Below, in pieces: positions 1 through 10,207 of a DNA stretch of 64,000 nt. Under the pieces are notes generated by a model that saw nothing but the letters and a program-made list of their open reading frames with translations, was not told the origin of the DNA and did no database searches. Made by a program: the position numbers and the translations under genes. The first letter of the stretch is position 1. Each line of letters opens with the position of its first letter. This DNA is from Fimbriimonadales bacterium. GTDB lineage: Bacteria > Armatimonadota > Fimbriimonadia > Fimbriimonadales > JABRVX01. The DNA lies in the NCBI GenBank assembly GCA_045862955.1, contig BTVI01000002.1, positions 64,001 to 128,000 on the forward strand, in the 5' to 3' direction.

Positions 1-662
1 GGATCGGCAGTGACCCAGAGTACCACGTCGTGCCCCCCTGGCAACGCGCGGACGGAGGCAAACTGGCGCTGAAGATTCTTGGTTACCCGCTTAACGATGA
101 TTTGATTACGGACGCATGCGTCGCCGAACATTGAGCGCGCCAAGCACTCCACTGCGGCCGCCACACCGGTACCGACGTGAAGGAACAGGGCTCCGGATGG
201 GTGGAGCAGCTCCCGCATAAGCCCGAGGCGCTCCGCAAGCATATGCAAATACGAGTCCGTGCCGCCTCCCCAGGTATCCCTATAGGCTACAGCCTCCATT
301 GCGGACTGCTCCTTCTGCACCGAATCGTTCTCTCCCAGTCTCACGTCCATCGTGAAATCCGCGCCTACATCGAACGGCGGGTCAATGTAGATCAGATCGA
401 TCTTCCCCCGGAACTCCTTCAGCAAGGCCGCGCACACCAGCTTGTTGTCTCCCCAAATCAGCATGTTCCGGAAGTCGTCCCGGTGCGCGGACTTCCTGAA
501 CTGCTCCTCGTCGAACAGCCCCGGTTGCTCTGCCCGTGCAGTGTCCCTCGGCGCATCCACCGTCTCGATCTTCTGCAGCACTAAGGGGAAGTCGGGCAGG
601 CGAACCGGCCGGCGGTTGCCGTACTCGTCGTACTTACCTTCCCAAACCAGTTCTGTCTTCAT
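1..662 (-). CDS. Site-specific DNA amino-methyltransferase (type III Mod-like, beta class), 5' part; continues beyond the left edge
   Basis: Manual minus-strand translation from ATG at 662: MKTELVWEGKYDEYGNRR...NMLIWGDNKLV...GKIDLIYIDPPFDVGADF...AYRDTWGGGTDSYLHMLAERL; catalytic motif IV DPPF; open to the window edge, so absent from the ORF track. Confidence 0.9.
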   Translation of the reverse strand, partial: MKTELVWEGKYDEYGNRRPVRLPDFPLVLQKIETVDAPRDTARAEQPGLFDEEQFRKSAHRDDFRNMLIWGDNKLVCAALLKEFRGKIDLIYIDPPFDVGADFTMDVRLGENDSVQKEQSAMEAVAYRDTWGGGTDSYLHMLAERLGLMRELLHPSGALFLHVGTGVAAAVECLARSMFGDACVRNQIIVKRVTKNLQRQFASVRALPGGHDVVLWVTAD

Positions 663-1001
663 CGTGGAGAGCGGATGAGGGTTGTCCGGTCCCCACGGCT
701 TCGTAGGGTCACTTGCCATACCTCTGCCTTCCGCAAGGCTTGGAACGACTCCTCCCTCGCCGCTCGAGGTTCGTGTGTTCCCGGGCAGGGACCCGCAATC
801 TCCCCTCGAATCCCCACACCATGAGGAGCACTCTCCATGCCATCGTTGCGATTTTTGGGTGGCGGTGTGACCGTCCAGCTGAATGGGCAGCGCGGACCCG
901 AAGCGGACGGGCAGCAAGCGTCCGCATAGTGGCTTCACGACAGCGGCGAGACGACGAGCCTCGACGTGGCGAAGGTTGATGAAGTGAAGGAGGAACCGAG
1001 T

Positions 1002-2363
1002 ATGGCGAGCAGGCGAAAGAACGGGCTGACACGTAGGGACTTCTTGCGCACTGCGGTGGTGGCCGGGGCCGGTGTCGGCCTCGTGCGCATCGCGGGTGCT
1101 GGCTCCCCGGCGGGTGCGGAGGCCACCCCTCCCGCCGCAGGGCCTAGCATGATCGGAGTTCCGTTCGAAGGCTTTCGTAAGGTGCGGGTAGGCATCATCG
1201 GCGTCGGCGGGCGGGGTACGGGGTTGCTGGGAGACCTGTTAGCGATTCCCGATGTGCAGGTGAAGGCCATCTGCGACATCGTGCGCGACAAAGTCCTCAA
1301 CGCACAGCGCATGGTGGTAGGTGCCGGACAGCCCAATCCCGAGGGCTATTGGGCTAGTGAGACCGACTACGAGAACCTGTGCGAGCGTGACGACCTCGAC
1401 CTGATCTACATCGCGACGCCCTGGGACTGGCATGTTCCGATGGCAGTGAGTGGAATGCTGGGCGGCAAACACGTGGGAGTGGAAGTCCCGGCTGCCACCA
1501 CGCTGAAGGATTGCTGGAAGCTGGTAGACACCTCCGAGAAGACCCGCAAGCACTGTGTGATGCTGGAGAACGTATGCTACGGATACAGCGAGATGATGGT
1601 GCTGAACATGGTTCGCTCCGGACTGTTCGGTGAGCTGACGCACGGCGAAGCAGCCTACATTCACGACCTGCGTAGTCTGTTGTTCGGCACGGGCGGTGAG
1701 GCGTTATGGCGTCGAGAAGCTCACATCAAGCGCAACGGCAATCTCTATCCCACTCACGGCCTAGGGCCGGTTGCACAGTATATGGGTATCAATCGAGGCG
1801 ATAAGTTCGATGTATTGGTTTCTCTCAGCTCTCCAGAAAAAGGCTTCACCCTTTGGCAGCAGACGCGGTTGGCTGCCGATGATCCACGCCGCAAGGAAAA
1901 ATACATTTGCGGCGACATGAACACTAGCATCATTCGCACGGCATTGGGTCGTACCATCATGCTGCAGCACGATACGGTTAGCCCCCGCCCTTACGATCGG
2001 ATCAACCTCATCTCCGGAACGAAAGGCACCTTCCGCGGTTTTCCTGACCGTATCTTCCTAGACGGGCAGCAGGATCACGACTGGCAGTCGCTCGATCCGT
2101 TCCGCGAGCAGTACGAGCACCCGCTGTGGAAGAAGGAAGGGGAGATGGCGCGTAAGCTGGGTGGTCATGGTGGGATGGACTACATCATGAGCTTCCGCCT
2201 CATCGAGTGCATGAAAGAAGGCCTGGTGCCCGACATGGACGTGTACGATGCGGCTGCGTGGAGCGCACCGGGACCACTGAGCGAGGAGTCTAATCGGAAG
2301 GGTGGCGCACCGATGAAGTTCCCGGACTTCACGCGTGGGCGCTGGAAGGAGCGGAAGGGGTAG
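1002..2363 (+). CDS. Tat-exported Gfo/Idh/MocA-family NAD-dependent glycosidase (GH109, alpha-N-acetylgalactosaminidase-like)
   Basis: AGGAGG RBS before ATG 1002; twin-arginine signal TRRDFLR; Rossmann GIIGVGGRG; motifs YIATPWDWH, MLENVCY, YPTHGLGP, GGHGGMD. Confidence 0.88.
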   Translation: MASRRKNGLTRRDFLRTAVVAGAGVGLVRIAGAGSPAGAEATPPAAGPSMIGVPFEGFRKVRVGIIGVGGRGTGLLGDLLAIPDVQVKAICDIVRDKVLNAQRMVVGAGQPNPEGYWASETDYENLCERDDLDLIYIATPWDWHVPMAVSGMLGGKHVGVEVPAATTLKDCWKLVDTSEKTRKHCVMLENVCYGYSEMMVLNMVRSGLFGELTHGEAAYIHDLRSLLFGTGGEALWRREAHIKRNGNLYPTHGLGPVAQYMGINRGDKFDVLVSLSSPEKGFTLWQQTRLAADDPRRKEKYICGDMNTSIIRTALGRTIMLQHDTVSPRPYDRINLISGTKGTFRGFPDRIFLDGQQDHDWQSLDPFREQYEHPLWKKEGEMARKLGGHGGMDYIMSFRLIECMKEGLVPDMDVYDAAAWSAPGPLSEESNRKGGAPMKFPDFTRGRWKERKG

Positions 2364-2405
2364 GAGCGTCCATACGGCTTCGACTCGGGGCGGCGATTGC
2401 GGGTT

Positions 2406-2511
2406 GTCATGCCGAGCCCGTAGAAGCATGCGGTCGAGAGCCGCTTGACACCAGCTCGAGCAAACCACGTTCGCGGTACGTGGCGTCATGCTTCGACGGG
2501 CTCAGCATGAC
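2406..2511. repeat. Inverted REP doublet (REPIN-like), family GTCATGCTGAGCCTGTCGAAGCATGAC
   Basis: gtcatgccgagcccgtagaagcatg at 2406 and inverted gtcatgcttcgacgggctcagcatgac at 2485-2511, between convergent genes; same family at 27749 and 32988. Confidence 0.8.
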
Positions 2512-2574
2512 TGCTACGTAGCGTGAGGTATGGTGGTGGCCTGCTCTTTCGCTGCTACTAGGGTGGCATCGTGA

Positions 2575-3771
2575 TCATGGCAAGGTAGCATCAGTTAGCG
2601 CCGAGGCCATGATCTCAGTGAGGTGAAGTACCTGCAACGCAAGGCCGCGCTCCGCAATGCCCTGGCGCAACCATAGGGTGCAGCCTGGATTGGAGCTGAG
2701 GACTCGGTTAGCTCCCGTGCGGACGATAGCATTCAGCTTGCGCTCCAGTAGCCTTCGTGCCATGTCGGGCTGGTATACGTTGTACAGTCCTGCGCTGCCG
2801 CAGCAGTAGTTCTCGTCCAGCTCGTGCAGCCGAATACCAGGGATGAGAGATAGCAGACCTCGGGGCTGCGCTTTGACACCCTGACCGTGCTCCAGGTGAC
2901 AGGGATCGTGCAGAGCTACGGACAGGCCGTCGAGGGGTTCGAGTGGCGCGATCCAACCTCTCTTCCATAGGAACTCCGCGAAATCGAGCACTTCCGTCCC
3001 GCTTTCTTCGAGTGCACGCTCGAGGAATACACCGCAGCCCGCCGCCGTCGCGATGAGTGGTGTGTTAGGGGGACAAGCCGATGCGAGGGCTCGGGCCAGT
3101 CGCTGCGCGTCCGACGGGTCCCCGTAGTGGGCTGCTAGGGCGCCGCAGCATTCGGGATGCGATATGTTCAGAACCTCGAAGCCGTTAGCAGACAGGCATC
3201 GCGCGGCTGCCCGGTTAGCATCGGGCAGGGTGACTCGTTGCACGCACCCAACGAGTAGTGCGACCGTTCCCCGCCTCTCTACCGAGGCGGGCACCACGGG
3301 GGGCAAGGGTTCGGCTGGCTCCGCCACAGGTATCACGGGTAAGCAACTGCCACCCATAGCGAGACCGAGGATGCGACTCGCTATCGGATGTGACGAGAGT
3401 GGTGCTAACAGGGCGAACCGCTCGGGCGATTGAGCTACGGACACGAGTGCGCGTCTGGAAGCTCGTTGCCACGGCGGTCGGCGTCGTTCGATCTCCCAGC
3501 GCGCTGCTGTTAGCATCTGTTCGTACGGGACCGGCGAAGGGCACGCGGTCTCGCACGCCAGGCACCCGAGGCAGGCATCGATCTGCTCTTGCACTTCATC
3601 CCAGCTGAGACGTCCCTCTGCGACTGCGCGCAGCGAATAGATGCGACCGCGTGGGCTATGGGCTTCGTTTCCGGTTTCCACATAGGTGGGGCATGCCTGC
3701 AAGCACATGCCACAGTGGATGCAAGTGCTCGTGTCGAACGATGTTAGTGCGGAGCGATTAGGCGTCGCCAC
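2575..3771 (-). CDS. glcF: Glycolate oxidase iron-sulfur subunit-like protein
   Basis: Two ferredoxin motifs CIHCGMCLQACP and CLGCLACETACP; two CCG domains (ECCGA, YCCGSAG; NPGC). Confidence 0.85.
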   Translation of the reverse strand: MATPNRSALTSFDTSTCIHCGMCLQACPTYVETGNEAHSPRGRIYSLRAVAEGRLSWDEVQEQIDACLGCLACETACPSPVPYEQMLTAARWEIERRRPPWQRASRRALVSVAQSPERFALLAPLSSHPIASRILGLAMGGSCLPVIPVAEPAEPLPPVVPASVERRGTVALLVGCVQRVTLPDANRAAARCLSANGFEVLNISHPECCGALAAHYGDPSDAQRLARALASACPPNTPLIATAAGCGVFLERALEESGTEVLDFAEFLWKRGWIAPLEPLDGLSVALHDPCHLEHGQGVKAQPRGLLSLIPGIRLHELDENYCCGSAGLYNVYQPDMARRLLERKLNAIVRTGANRVLSSNPGCTLWLRQGIAERGLALQVLHLTEIMASALTDATLP

Positions 3772-4918
3772 GAAGGCTCCCGCCGATCAGGGTGCGATGC
3801 GGATCGAGCGCGCTTGCTACCCGGAGTCGGATCTGTCGCACGGCCTCGCTGACGGTCGATCGCTCCAGACATCGTCCTCGCTCGGCCCGCCACGTTGCGC
3901 CGCACTCGCGGGCGAGAGCGAGCGCTGACGTGTAGTCCTGATGTGGTGTCGAATGCAGCAGCCATAACACACCGCTGATGGGCCGCCAGCGAAGGGTGGC
4001 GTCGGGGTAGAGGTTGCGGAGTGACCGTGCAAAATCATTTGCCTTGCTCCGATCCAGCTCGAAGCGAATCGCAGACTGGTACGGTCCGCTGCTGCTCGGC
4101 GGAGTGGTCGCAGTACGGATTGTCGTCGCTGCCCGGGTCAAAGTACGGTCGTCTCCAGTCACATCGAAACAGGCACTTAGCGAGTCCGCGTCCGATGTTA
4201 TAGTGAATGATACCAAATGTGGGATAAGGCCCTCCGCCGTGTCCGCCATGTGCAATGCATCCTGCCAGTCACTCAGGTGGACTCGGTACTGTTTGCGCCC
4301 CGGCATGGCCGCGAGCATAACGGTAGCCTCCGCAATCACTGCTAATGACCCCCACGAGCCACATAGCAGCCGATGAATGGCATAGCCTGCCGAGTGTTTG
4401 GTCACCTTCGCACCAACTCGGATCACCTCACCGAGACCGGTCACTGCAGTTAGCTCGAGCACTCGGCGTCTTGGCGGCCCGAATCCGTCCTCGCACGCCC
4501 CCGCGCAGTTGGTAGCGATGGCGCCGCCGAGTGTCGTGGGGCCTATGACCTCTGTTTCCCAGGGCAGCCACTGCGCTCTTGCACGCAGCTTCTGATTGAC
4601 GGAGTCGAGTCGCAGCCCCGCACCCACGGTGCACATCATGTCGTCGGTATGGTGCTCGAATCGCTGCAGCCGCTCGGTGTCGAGCGCCACGTCGTAGCGT
4701 TCCACTGTGGTGTAGGACGAGACGCGCGACATCCCACCTACGACCAGGCATCCGAGTGGTTCCACGTTGCACGCACGCAGAACCTCTGCCACTTCCTCGG
4801 TAGATGAGGGTGCCACTGCTACGGCAGGCAACAATCCGGCTACTGCATATCGTGCAGGGTCGCGCTGTCCCTCTACGCCAACGATGTCGTGCAACACTTG
4901 GGAACTGCTACTCGTCAT
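3758..4918 (-). CDS. glcE: FAD-binding oxidoreductase, GlcE-like
   Basis: PCMH FAD domain: TLGGAIATN, GAKVTKHSAGY, GSWGSLAVI, C-terminal LDPHRTL; overlaps glcF start. Confidence 0.7.
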   Translation of the reverse strand: MTSSSSQVLHDIVGVEGQRDPARYAVAGLLPAVAVAPSSTEEVAEVLRACNVEPLGCLVVGGMSRVSSYTTVERYDVALDTERLQRFEHHTDDMMCTVGAGLRLDSVNQKLRARAQWLPWETEVIGPTTLGGAIATNCAGACEDGFGPPRRRVLELTAVTGLGEVIRVGAKVTKHSAGYAIHRLLCGSWGSLAVIAEATVMLAAMPGRKQYRVHLSDWQDALHMADTAEGLIPHLVSFTITSDADSLSACFDVTGDDRTLTRAATTIRTATTPPSSSGPYQSAIRFELDRSKANDFARSLRNLYPDATLRWRPISGVLWLLHSTPHQDYTSALALARECGATWRAERGRCLERSTVSEAVRQIRLRVASALDPHRTLIGGSLRGDA

Positions 4919-6848
4919 CGCACAGGCAGTAGGCGGTGTAGCTCGAGTGGCTCCACAGCGGCGAAGAGGCCGGTGGATCGATGGTGATACGTATGCTGCT
5001 CTTGCCGGAGGTATAGCGAGCGGGTAAGAAGAGCGAACGCTCCGACCACCTCCGCGTGCGGTTCTCCTCGGCGGTGTACCATGTGCCGACGAGATGGCCG
5101 TCTACCGACACGCGTGCTCGCTGGCGCCCGTGGAACTGATCGAATAGCCGCATAAGGAACACTCCGCGATTGTCGGGCCTGATCTTCAACGTGAACTCCG
5201 ACTTTCCCAGCGACGCTGCCACCATCTGGGTATGCTCGTTATGGTCCCGACCTTCGAAGCGGGATGTCAGCGTCTCGGGATCGCTAACATTCTGCAACGT
5301 CGCGCCGTGCGTCTCGCGAGATGCTTGGTCGCACACGAGGAACCGGTCCGTCTCGACTGCCTTCGGCCCACCCTCATACCAGAAGAGCGCCCCGGCGTAG
5401 TCGAAGTTTCGGTGGTTCTCCGTACCGTGCTCGGTGCTCCAGCGAATGCGGGAGGTGAACGGCACACCAACGAAGAGGCGGTACAGCGAACAGTCCCCGT
5501 TGTACTGCCCCGTGCGGTCCAGCATCTTCACGTAGGGTTCGCCGTGCATCGGCAGTGTGAAGGGCGTGTCTAGGAACTCGTTAGACCATCCTCCCAAGAA
5601 GTCGTCTTCATGGCCGGTTCCGTGCATCGCCGGACTGCGCTCTGCATCCACGTACACTCTAAGGTCCCCCTCCCACCATTGCTTGTTATGTGGGTCGCCC
5701 GGCTCGATGGCTTGCACGACAGCTACCACCTTGCCTGCTGCCCGAACGTCTGCATGCTCGAAGTCCTCTCCCAGCCGTGTGGGACGCTCCTCCCGATACT
5801 GTGCTCGCAGATAGCCCGAGGTGGCTTGCTCGTAACGCTGTGGTGCCAGGTCCACTTCGAGCGTGACCGGCTCGGGGCAAGTGACACGTATGGTGGCTGA
5901 TTGCCAGAAGGGCATCGGCAACACGCTCACCAGCTTCGTCCTATCGGCGAACCATACCAGGCTCCGCACACTGGTAGGTGCCAGCCCGATACCGAAGAAC
6001 ACTCCCAGCGGCACGTCTACGCACGTGCGTCCGTCCCACTCACACACCACGCGGCCTTCTTGCAGCGCCTTGTCGGTCAATCCCCGCGCACATCGTACTG
6101 CCAATCGAGTGACGACCCCAGAGCCCTGGTGGGACCACTCGCCCCCAGATACCTCGTGTCGCTCTCCCGGCAGTGCCTGCGGGGCTCCCGACAGGGCCTT
6201 CTCCCAGGACTTCCGCACTCTAGCCGAATCGTCGTCTGCCTGCCACGTACGTACCTCCGTTCCGTGGGGGTATAGGTGATAGAAGGCGTTGTAGAACCCG
6301 ACCCGGCGCTCGGTGGTGATGCGAAGGGATTGCGCGAACGGCAGCGGGACGTAGGATACGTAGCCTCCGGTGCTCTCGCGATTGCCTGCTACCAGTGGCT
6401 TCAGAAACGGTGCATGCTTCCCATCGAACAGCTCGTTCGCTTCCAGGTCAATGCGCGGTTCGCTCTCGTGGTCGAAGTAGAAGCGGATGCGACCCCAGTT
6501 TAGCCGCCCGTGTCCGCCCTGATCGCTGGTAAACCATAGGGTGTACAGGCAACCAGGCTGTTCCACGTCGAAGATGACATGCTCACCCTTGGCATCCACG
6601 TACAAGCCAGAGTAGGTGCCACGGAAGCCATCGTCGTTGCCACCCGTCCGGTCGAAGCTGGAGAAGTAGCGCGCTTGCACTCCCGGCTCCATCAGCGGAA
6701 ATGTCTCGACCAGTCGTTCGAGGCGTTCCAGACCGATGGGCAGCCCGCTGAGTTCGGTCATCGTCACCACCGCACACAGAAGCAATGATAGGCTCATCGA
6801 GAGGCCATTACGCCACCAAGGCAGTTCCTCCTTCCCTCGCTTTGGCAC
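4908..6848 (-). CDS. DUF2961 / GH172-like glycoside hydrolase, probably secreted (start may be 6797)
   Basis: SSFDRTGGNDDG, PGCLYTLW, WWEGD..YVD...P..HGTGHEDDF.GGW, EHG motifs typical of DUF2961 proteins. Confidence 0.75.
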   Translation of the reverse strand: MPKRGKEELPWWRNGLSMSLSLLLCAVVTMTELSGLPIGLERLERLVETFPLMEPGVQARYFSSFDRTGGNDDGFRGTYSGLYVDAKGEHVIFDVEQPGCLYTLWFTSDQGGHGRLNWGRIRFYFDHESEPRIDLEANELFDGKHAPFLKPLVAGNRESTGGYVSYVPLPFAQSLRITTERRVGFYNAFYHLYPHGTEVRTWQADDDSARVRKSWEKALSGAPQALPGERHEVSGGEWSHQGSGVVTRLAVRCARGLTDKALQEGRVVCEWDGRTCVDVPLGVFFGIGLAPTSVRSLVWFADRTKLVSVLPMPFWQSATIRVTCPEPVTLEVDLAPQRYEQATSGYLRAQYREERPTRLGEDFEHADVRAAGKVVAVVQAIEPGDPHNKQWWEGDLRVYVDAERSPAMHGTGHEDDFLGGWSNEFLDTPFTLPMHGEPYVKMLDRTGQYNGDCSLYRLFVGVPFTSRIRWSTEHGTENHRNFDYAGALFWYEGGPKAVETDRFLVCDQASRETHGATLQNVSDPETLTSRFEGRDHNEHTQMVAASLGKSEFTLKIRPDNRGVFLMRLFDQFHGRQRARVSVDGHLVGTWYTAEENRTRRWSERSLFLPARYTSGKSSIRITIDPPASSPLWSHSSYTAYCLCDDE

Positions 6849-6965
6849 GAGCCAAGATCGTCGAAGGGGATCGTATCATGCCTTAGCATCCGCTCCGGCC
6901 CGTTGAATACCTAGAGCTTCGGGCTCGTGCAGGACACCGAACTATCGGAAGGGAAACTTGGGGCC

Positions 6966-7775
6966 GTGCTAACCTCTACGTTTCTCCACGCGCCCGGCGT
7001 CGGGCAGAAAACCGAGATCGCACTCTGGCGCCAGGGAGCGCGAACCTGGGCCGATTTCCTGCAAGACACCGGTCGCTGGGACCTAACCGCGACGCGCCGA
7101 GCCAGCCTGGAGATCGAGGTGGACCGTTCCGTGCGCGCACTGAATGCGGCGCGGTTTCAGTATTTTGCTCGCGCTCTCCCCGTTGCCGAACGCTGGCGCG
7201 CATTCTCGGAGTTCGAGCAAGAAGCCGGGTATGTAGACATCGAGACCGATGGTGGCATGGAGGCCGAGTCGATCACGATGGTAGGGTTGTATGCTTTCGG
7301 GGAGTTTCGAGCCTTCGTCAAAGGGGAGGACCTCGGCAGCTTCGCAGACGCAGTGGAGCGCTGCTCCATGCTGATAACGTTCTATGGCACCGGCTTCGAC
7401 ATTCCCATGTTACAACGAGCCTTCCCGATGTTGCCATTCGACCAAATACATGTGGACTTGTGCCCGACACTTCGGCGGTTGGGCTTGAGGGGTGGCCTGA
7501 AGAGCATCGAGCGACAGCTCGGCATTGTCCGGTCGGACGAGACCGAAGGATTGAGTGGGTGGGATGCCGTACATCTGTGGCGAAGATACCTTCGTGGCGA
7601 TAACGAGGCACTGCGGCTGCTCATCCAATACAACCGTGAGGACTGCGTGAACCTCGAGCGCCTGATGCGTTTCGCCTTCCGCAACCTGTCCCAAGCGTGT
7701 CTGTCTGCCATGGATCCGGATGAGGCCGAAGTCGGTAAGGTGCAACGCTTCGCTGCCAAAGGGAGTGATCGTTAG
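6966..7775 (+). CDS. YprB-like RNase H-fold 3'-5' exonuclease with N-terminal HhH-like motif
   Basis: PGVGQKTE; YVDIETDG; TFYGTGFDIP; GGLKSIERQLG; YNREDCVNL (DEDD-type acidic residues). Confidence 0.8.
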   Translation: MLTSTFLHAPGVGQKTEIALWRQGARTWADFLQDTGRWDLTATRRASLEIEVDRSVRALNAARFQYFARALPVAERWRAFSEFEQEAGYVDIETDGGMEAESITMVGLYAFGEFRAFVKGEDLGSFADAVERCSMLITFYGTGFDIPMLQRAFPMLPFDQIHVDLCPTLRRLGLRGGLKSIERQLGIVRSDETEGLSGWDAVHLWRRYLRGDNEALRLLIQYNREDCVNLERLMRFAFRNLSQACLSAMDPDEAEVGKVQRFAAKGSDR

Positions 7776-7780
7776 GGAAG

Positions 7781-8533
7781 ATGCTGGAAGTCGAGGGCCT
7801 AACCAAGTATTACAAACGATTTTGTGCGGTGGACAACTTGTCGTTCGTCGTCAACCCCGGCGAAATCGTGGGCCTGCTCGGACCCAACGGAGCAGGGAAG
7901 ACCACCGCACTGCGCTGCATTGCGGGAATCCTCCGCAAGACCTCCGGCACCGTACGCATCGCTGGTATCGATGCAGATACCGATACCAAGGCGGCGAAGA
8001 TGAACCTAGCTTTCGTGCCGGAGGTGCCGAGCCTTTACGAACTGCTGACCGTGCGGGAGCACCTGCGCTTCATTGCCATGTGTTTCGAGGCATTGGACCG
8101 ATACGAGCAGGTGGGCACCGAGCTGCTGGAACGATACGACCTCATCGAGAAAGAGGACGAGCTGGTTGCGACGTTATCCAAGGGGATGAAACAGAAGCTC
8201 GCTGTTACGTGTGCGCTCGTGCACGATGCGAGGGTGTTCCTGCTGGACGAGCCACTGATAGGGATCGACCCGAGGGGTGCTGCTCAGCTCAAGCAGCAGT
8301 TCTCCGAGGCTGCGGATGCCGGCGCGGCCGTGTTAGTTAGCACTCACTTGTTGGATACCGCCGAGAGACTGTGCGACCGAGTGATTATCATGGCGCATGG
8401 GCAAAAGATCGAGGATGGAACCCTCTCCGAGTTGCGCGAGCGTTCCGCCAGCTCGGGTGATGCCACGCTCGAAGAGCTATTCCTTAAGCTAACACGAGAG
8501 GCCGATGAGACCACTGCTGTTCCTGACGTTTAG
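7781..8533 (+). CDS. ABC transporter ATP-binding protein
   Basis: Walker A GPNGAGKTT, signature LSKGMKQK, Walker B FLLDEP, H-loop STH. Confidence 0.95.
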   Translation: MLEVEGLTKYYKRFCAVDNLSFVVNPGEIVGLLGPNGAGKTTALRCIAGILRKTSGTVRIAGIDADTDTKAAKMNLAFVPEVPSLYELLTVREHLRFIAMCFEALDRYEQVGTELLERYDLIEKEDELVATLSKGMKQKLAVTCALVHDARVFLLDEPLIGIDPRGAAQLKQQFSEAADAGAAVLVSTHLLDTAERLCDRVIIMAHGQKIEDGTLSELRERSASSGDATLEELFLKLTREADETTAVPDV

Positions 8534-10178
8534 CCAACTGCGCAACAGCATTCGGCGGTCGCTCACGTCGGTCCGCAGGTTGATCGCGCTGCTCGTGGCA
8601 GGAGCATACTACTACTGGTTCATCATGCGCATGTTCCTGCGGCGTGACGCAGACCTACCCGTCATGCCCTCGGTCCAGTACCCCGTCGAGGTCGCTTCGG
8701 CCGTCGTGTTCGGGTTGGCCACACTCGTGACCCTCTTCTTCCTTTCGTTAGTTGGCGTGCAGCGCTCCGGGTTCCGTCCAGCCGATGTAGACATGCTCTT
8801 CCCGACACCGGTGAGCCCGCGCGCGGTGGTGATGTTCCGAATCATCCGGGAGAACTTCGTCGCGCTCATCTATCCTCTGATCTTCGTGTTGCTCGGTGGC
8901 GCGGCCTTTGCGAGCCTGGCGAAGGCGTGGCTGCGCGAGGTCCCGAACCGCGAGGCACTGACGTGGTTGCCGTACACTGCAGCTCTGTCATGGCTGTTGG
9001 TTCAGGCTACATGGATTGCGGCGGGCCATGCTTTCAGCCTGGCTACTGCAAACGATCGAGTCTCTGTGTGGGTCAAGCGGACTCCCGCCATTCTCGCGGT
9101 GTCGGCCGCGGTAGCTCTCGTGGCCGCCGTGCGCCGAGTGGTCCTGATGCACGGCTGGTCAGGAGATGCATTCGTCCAGGCCTTTGCATCGGGGCCGATA
9201 CGATACTTGTACTTTCCAGCTAGCGCGGCAGCAGAGATCGCACTGGCTCCACTAACAGGCAACTATCTAGGTGCGGGACTTGCGGTACTCGGCTATGTTC
9301 TGGCACTGGCTATCGTTCTGCACCTGGCTCTTCGATTTTCCAGTGCCTTGTATGAGCAGGCAGCGCTGGCAGTCGCATCATCCCAGCCCTCCGAGACGGC
9401 CATGCGCTCCGGCGACTTCATGCAGTACTACTCCAACCTAGCACGGCAGGGAAAGCTTAAGGCAGGCAGGCTGAAGTGGCTGCGTGGACTGCGGTGGCAA
9501 GGTCCCAAGGCCGTCATCTGGCGCGATGCGATTGTCAGTCTGCGCGTCTCGGGGCACTGGTATGCGTTGGGCTTGGTGGGGATGGCAGCCTATGCGGCGT
9601 TCCTTCTCTACATCGGCGCAACCTCGCCGCAGCCGGGTTTCGCCGAATCGCAGTTCATGGTCGCCGGCATGATCGCTTTCATCGCGACGTGGACCTCGTC
9701 TCGTGCAGGTTTCATCGATCTCCTGCGCAAGGTGGATGCGAACAAAGCACTTCCGTTCTCCATGATCCACTCGCTGTTCGCGCAGTCGTTGGTGCGCAAC
9801 CTGTCGGCCTGCACCTGGGCTTGGATGCTTTGCGGTATCGCTGCACTGATCGAACCTGGCGTGTCTGCGGTCGCCATCTCGATCGCCATTGCCGTGTTGC
9901 CACTGACCTACGTGGTGTCCAGCAGCGTGCTCGTGCACTTGCTGCTCTTTCCGGATCTGGAGGACTCCTCACAACGCATGATCCGAGAGCTACTGACGAT
10001 GCTCACCATGCTGGTCGCGGTGCTGCCCGCCGGAGCCGTGGCAGTCGGGCTGTTCGCGCTGCTGAACGGCCAAGTATTGGTGGCAGCCACTGTAGCGAGC
10101 GTGGTCAACGTTGGGGTCGCTGCACTGCTTCTCCTGTTGGCTGCCGAGCTGTACGCCGGCTTCAACCCCAGTGAGTGA
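8505..10178 (+). CDS. Putative ABC exporter permease
   Basis: Polytopic hydrophobic protein overlapping the ATPase gene; ADVDMLFPTP motif. Confidence 0.75.
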   Translation: MRPLLFLTFSQLRNSIRRSLTSVRRLIALLVAGAYYYWFIMRMFLRRDADLPVMPSVQYPVEVASAVVFGLATLVTLFFLSLVGVQRSGFRPADVDMLFPTPVSPRAVVMFRIIRENFVALIYPLIFVLLGGAAFASLAKAWLREVPNREALTWLPYTAALSWLLVQATWIAAGHAFSLATANDRVSVWVKRTPAILAVSAAVALVAAVRRVVLMHGWSGDAFVQAFASGPIRYLYFPASAAAEIALAPLTGNYLGAGLAVLGYVLALAIVLHLALRFSSALYEQAALAVASSQPSETAMRSGDFMQYYSNLARQGKLKAGRLKWLRGLRWQGPKAVIWRDAIVSLRVSGHWYALGLVGMAAYAAFLLYIGATSPQPGFAESQFMVAGMIAFIATWTSSRAGFIDLLRKVDANKALPFSMIHSLFAQSLVRNLSACTWAWMLCGIAALIEPGVSAVAISIAIAVLPLTYVVSSSVLVHLLLFPDLEDSSQRMIRELLTMLTMLVAVLPAGAVAVGLFALLNGQVLVAATVASVVNVGVAALLLLLAAELYAGFNPSE

Positions 10179-10207
10179 CCCCGATATAACGCGGTAGAAT
10201 GATACGA

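Noticed and set aside
177..1032. Short ORFs on the plus strand and 709-1032 minus
   Set aside because: Antisense to the methyltransferase or intergenic, with no recognisable motifs
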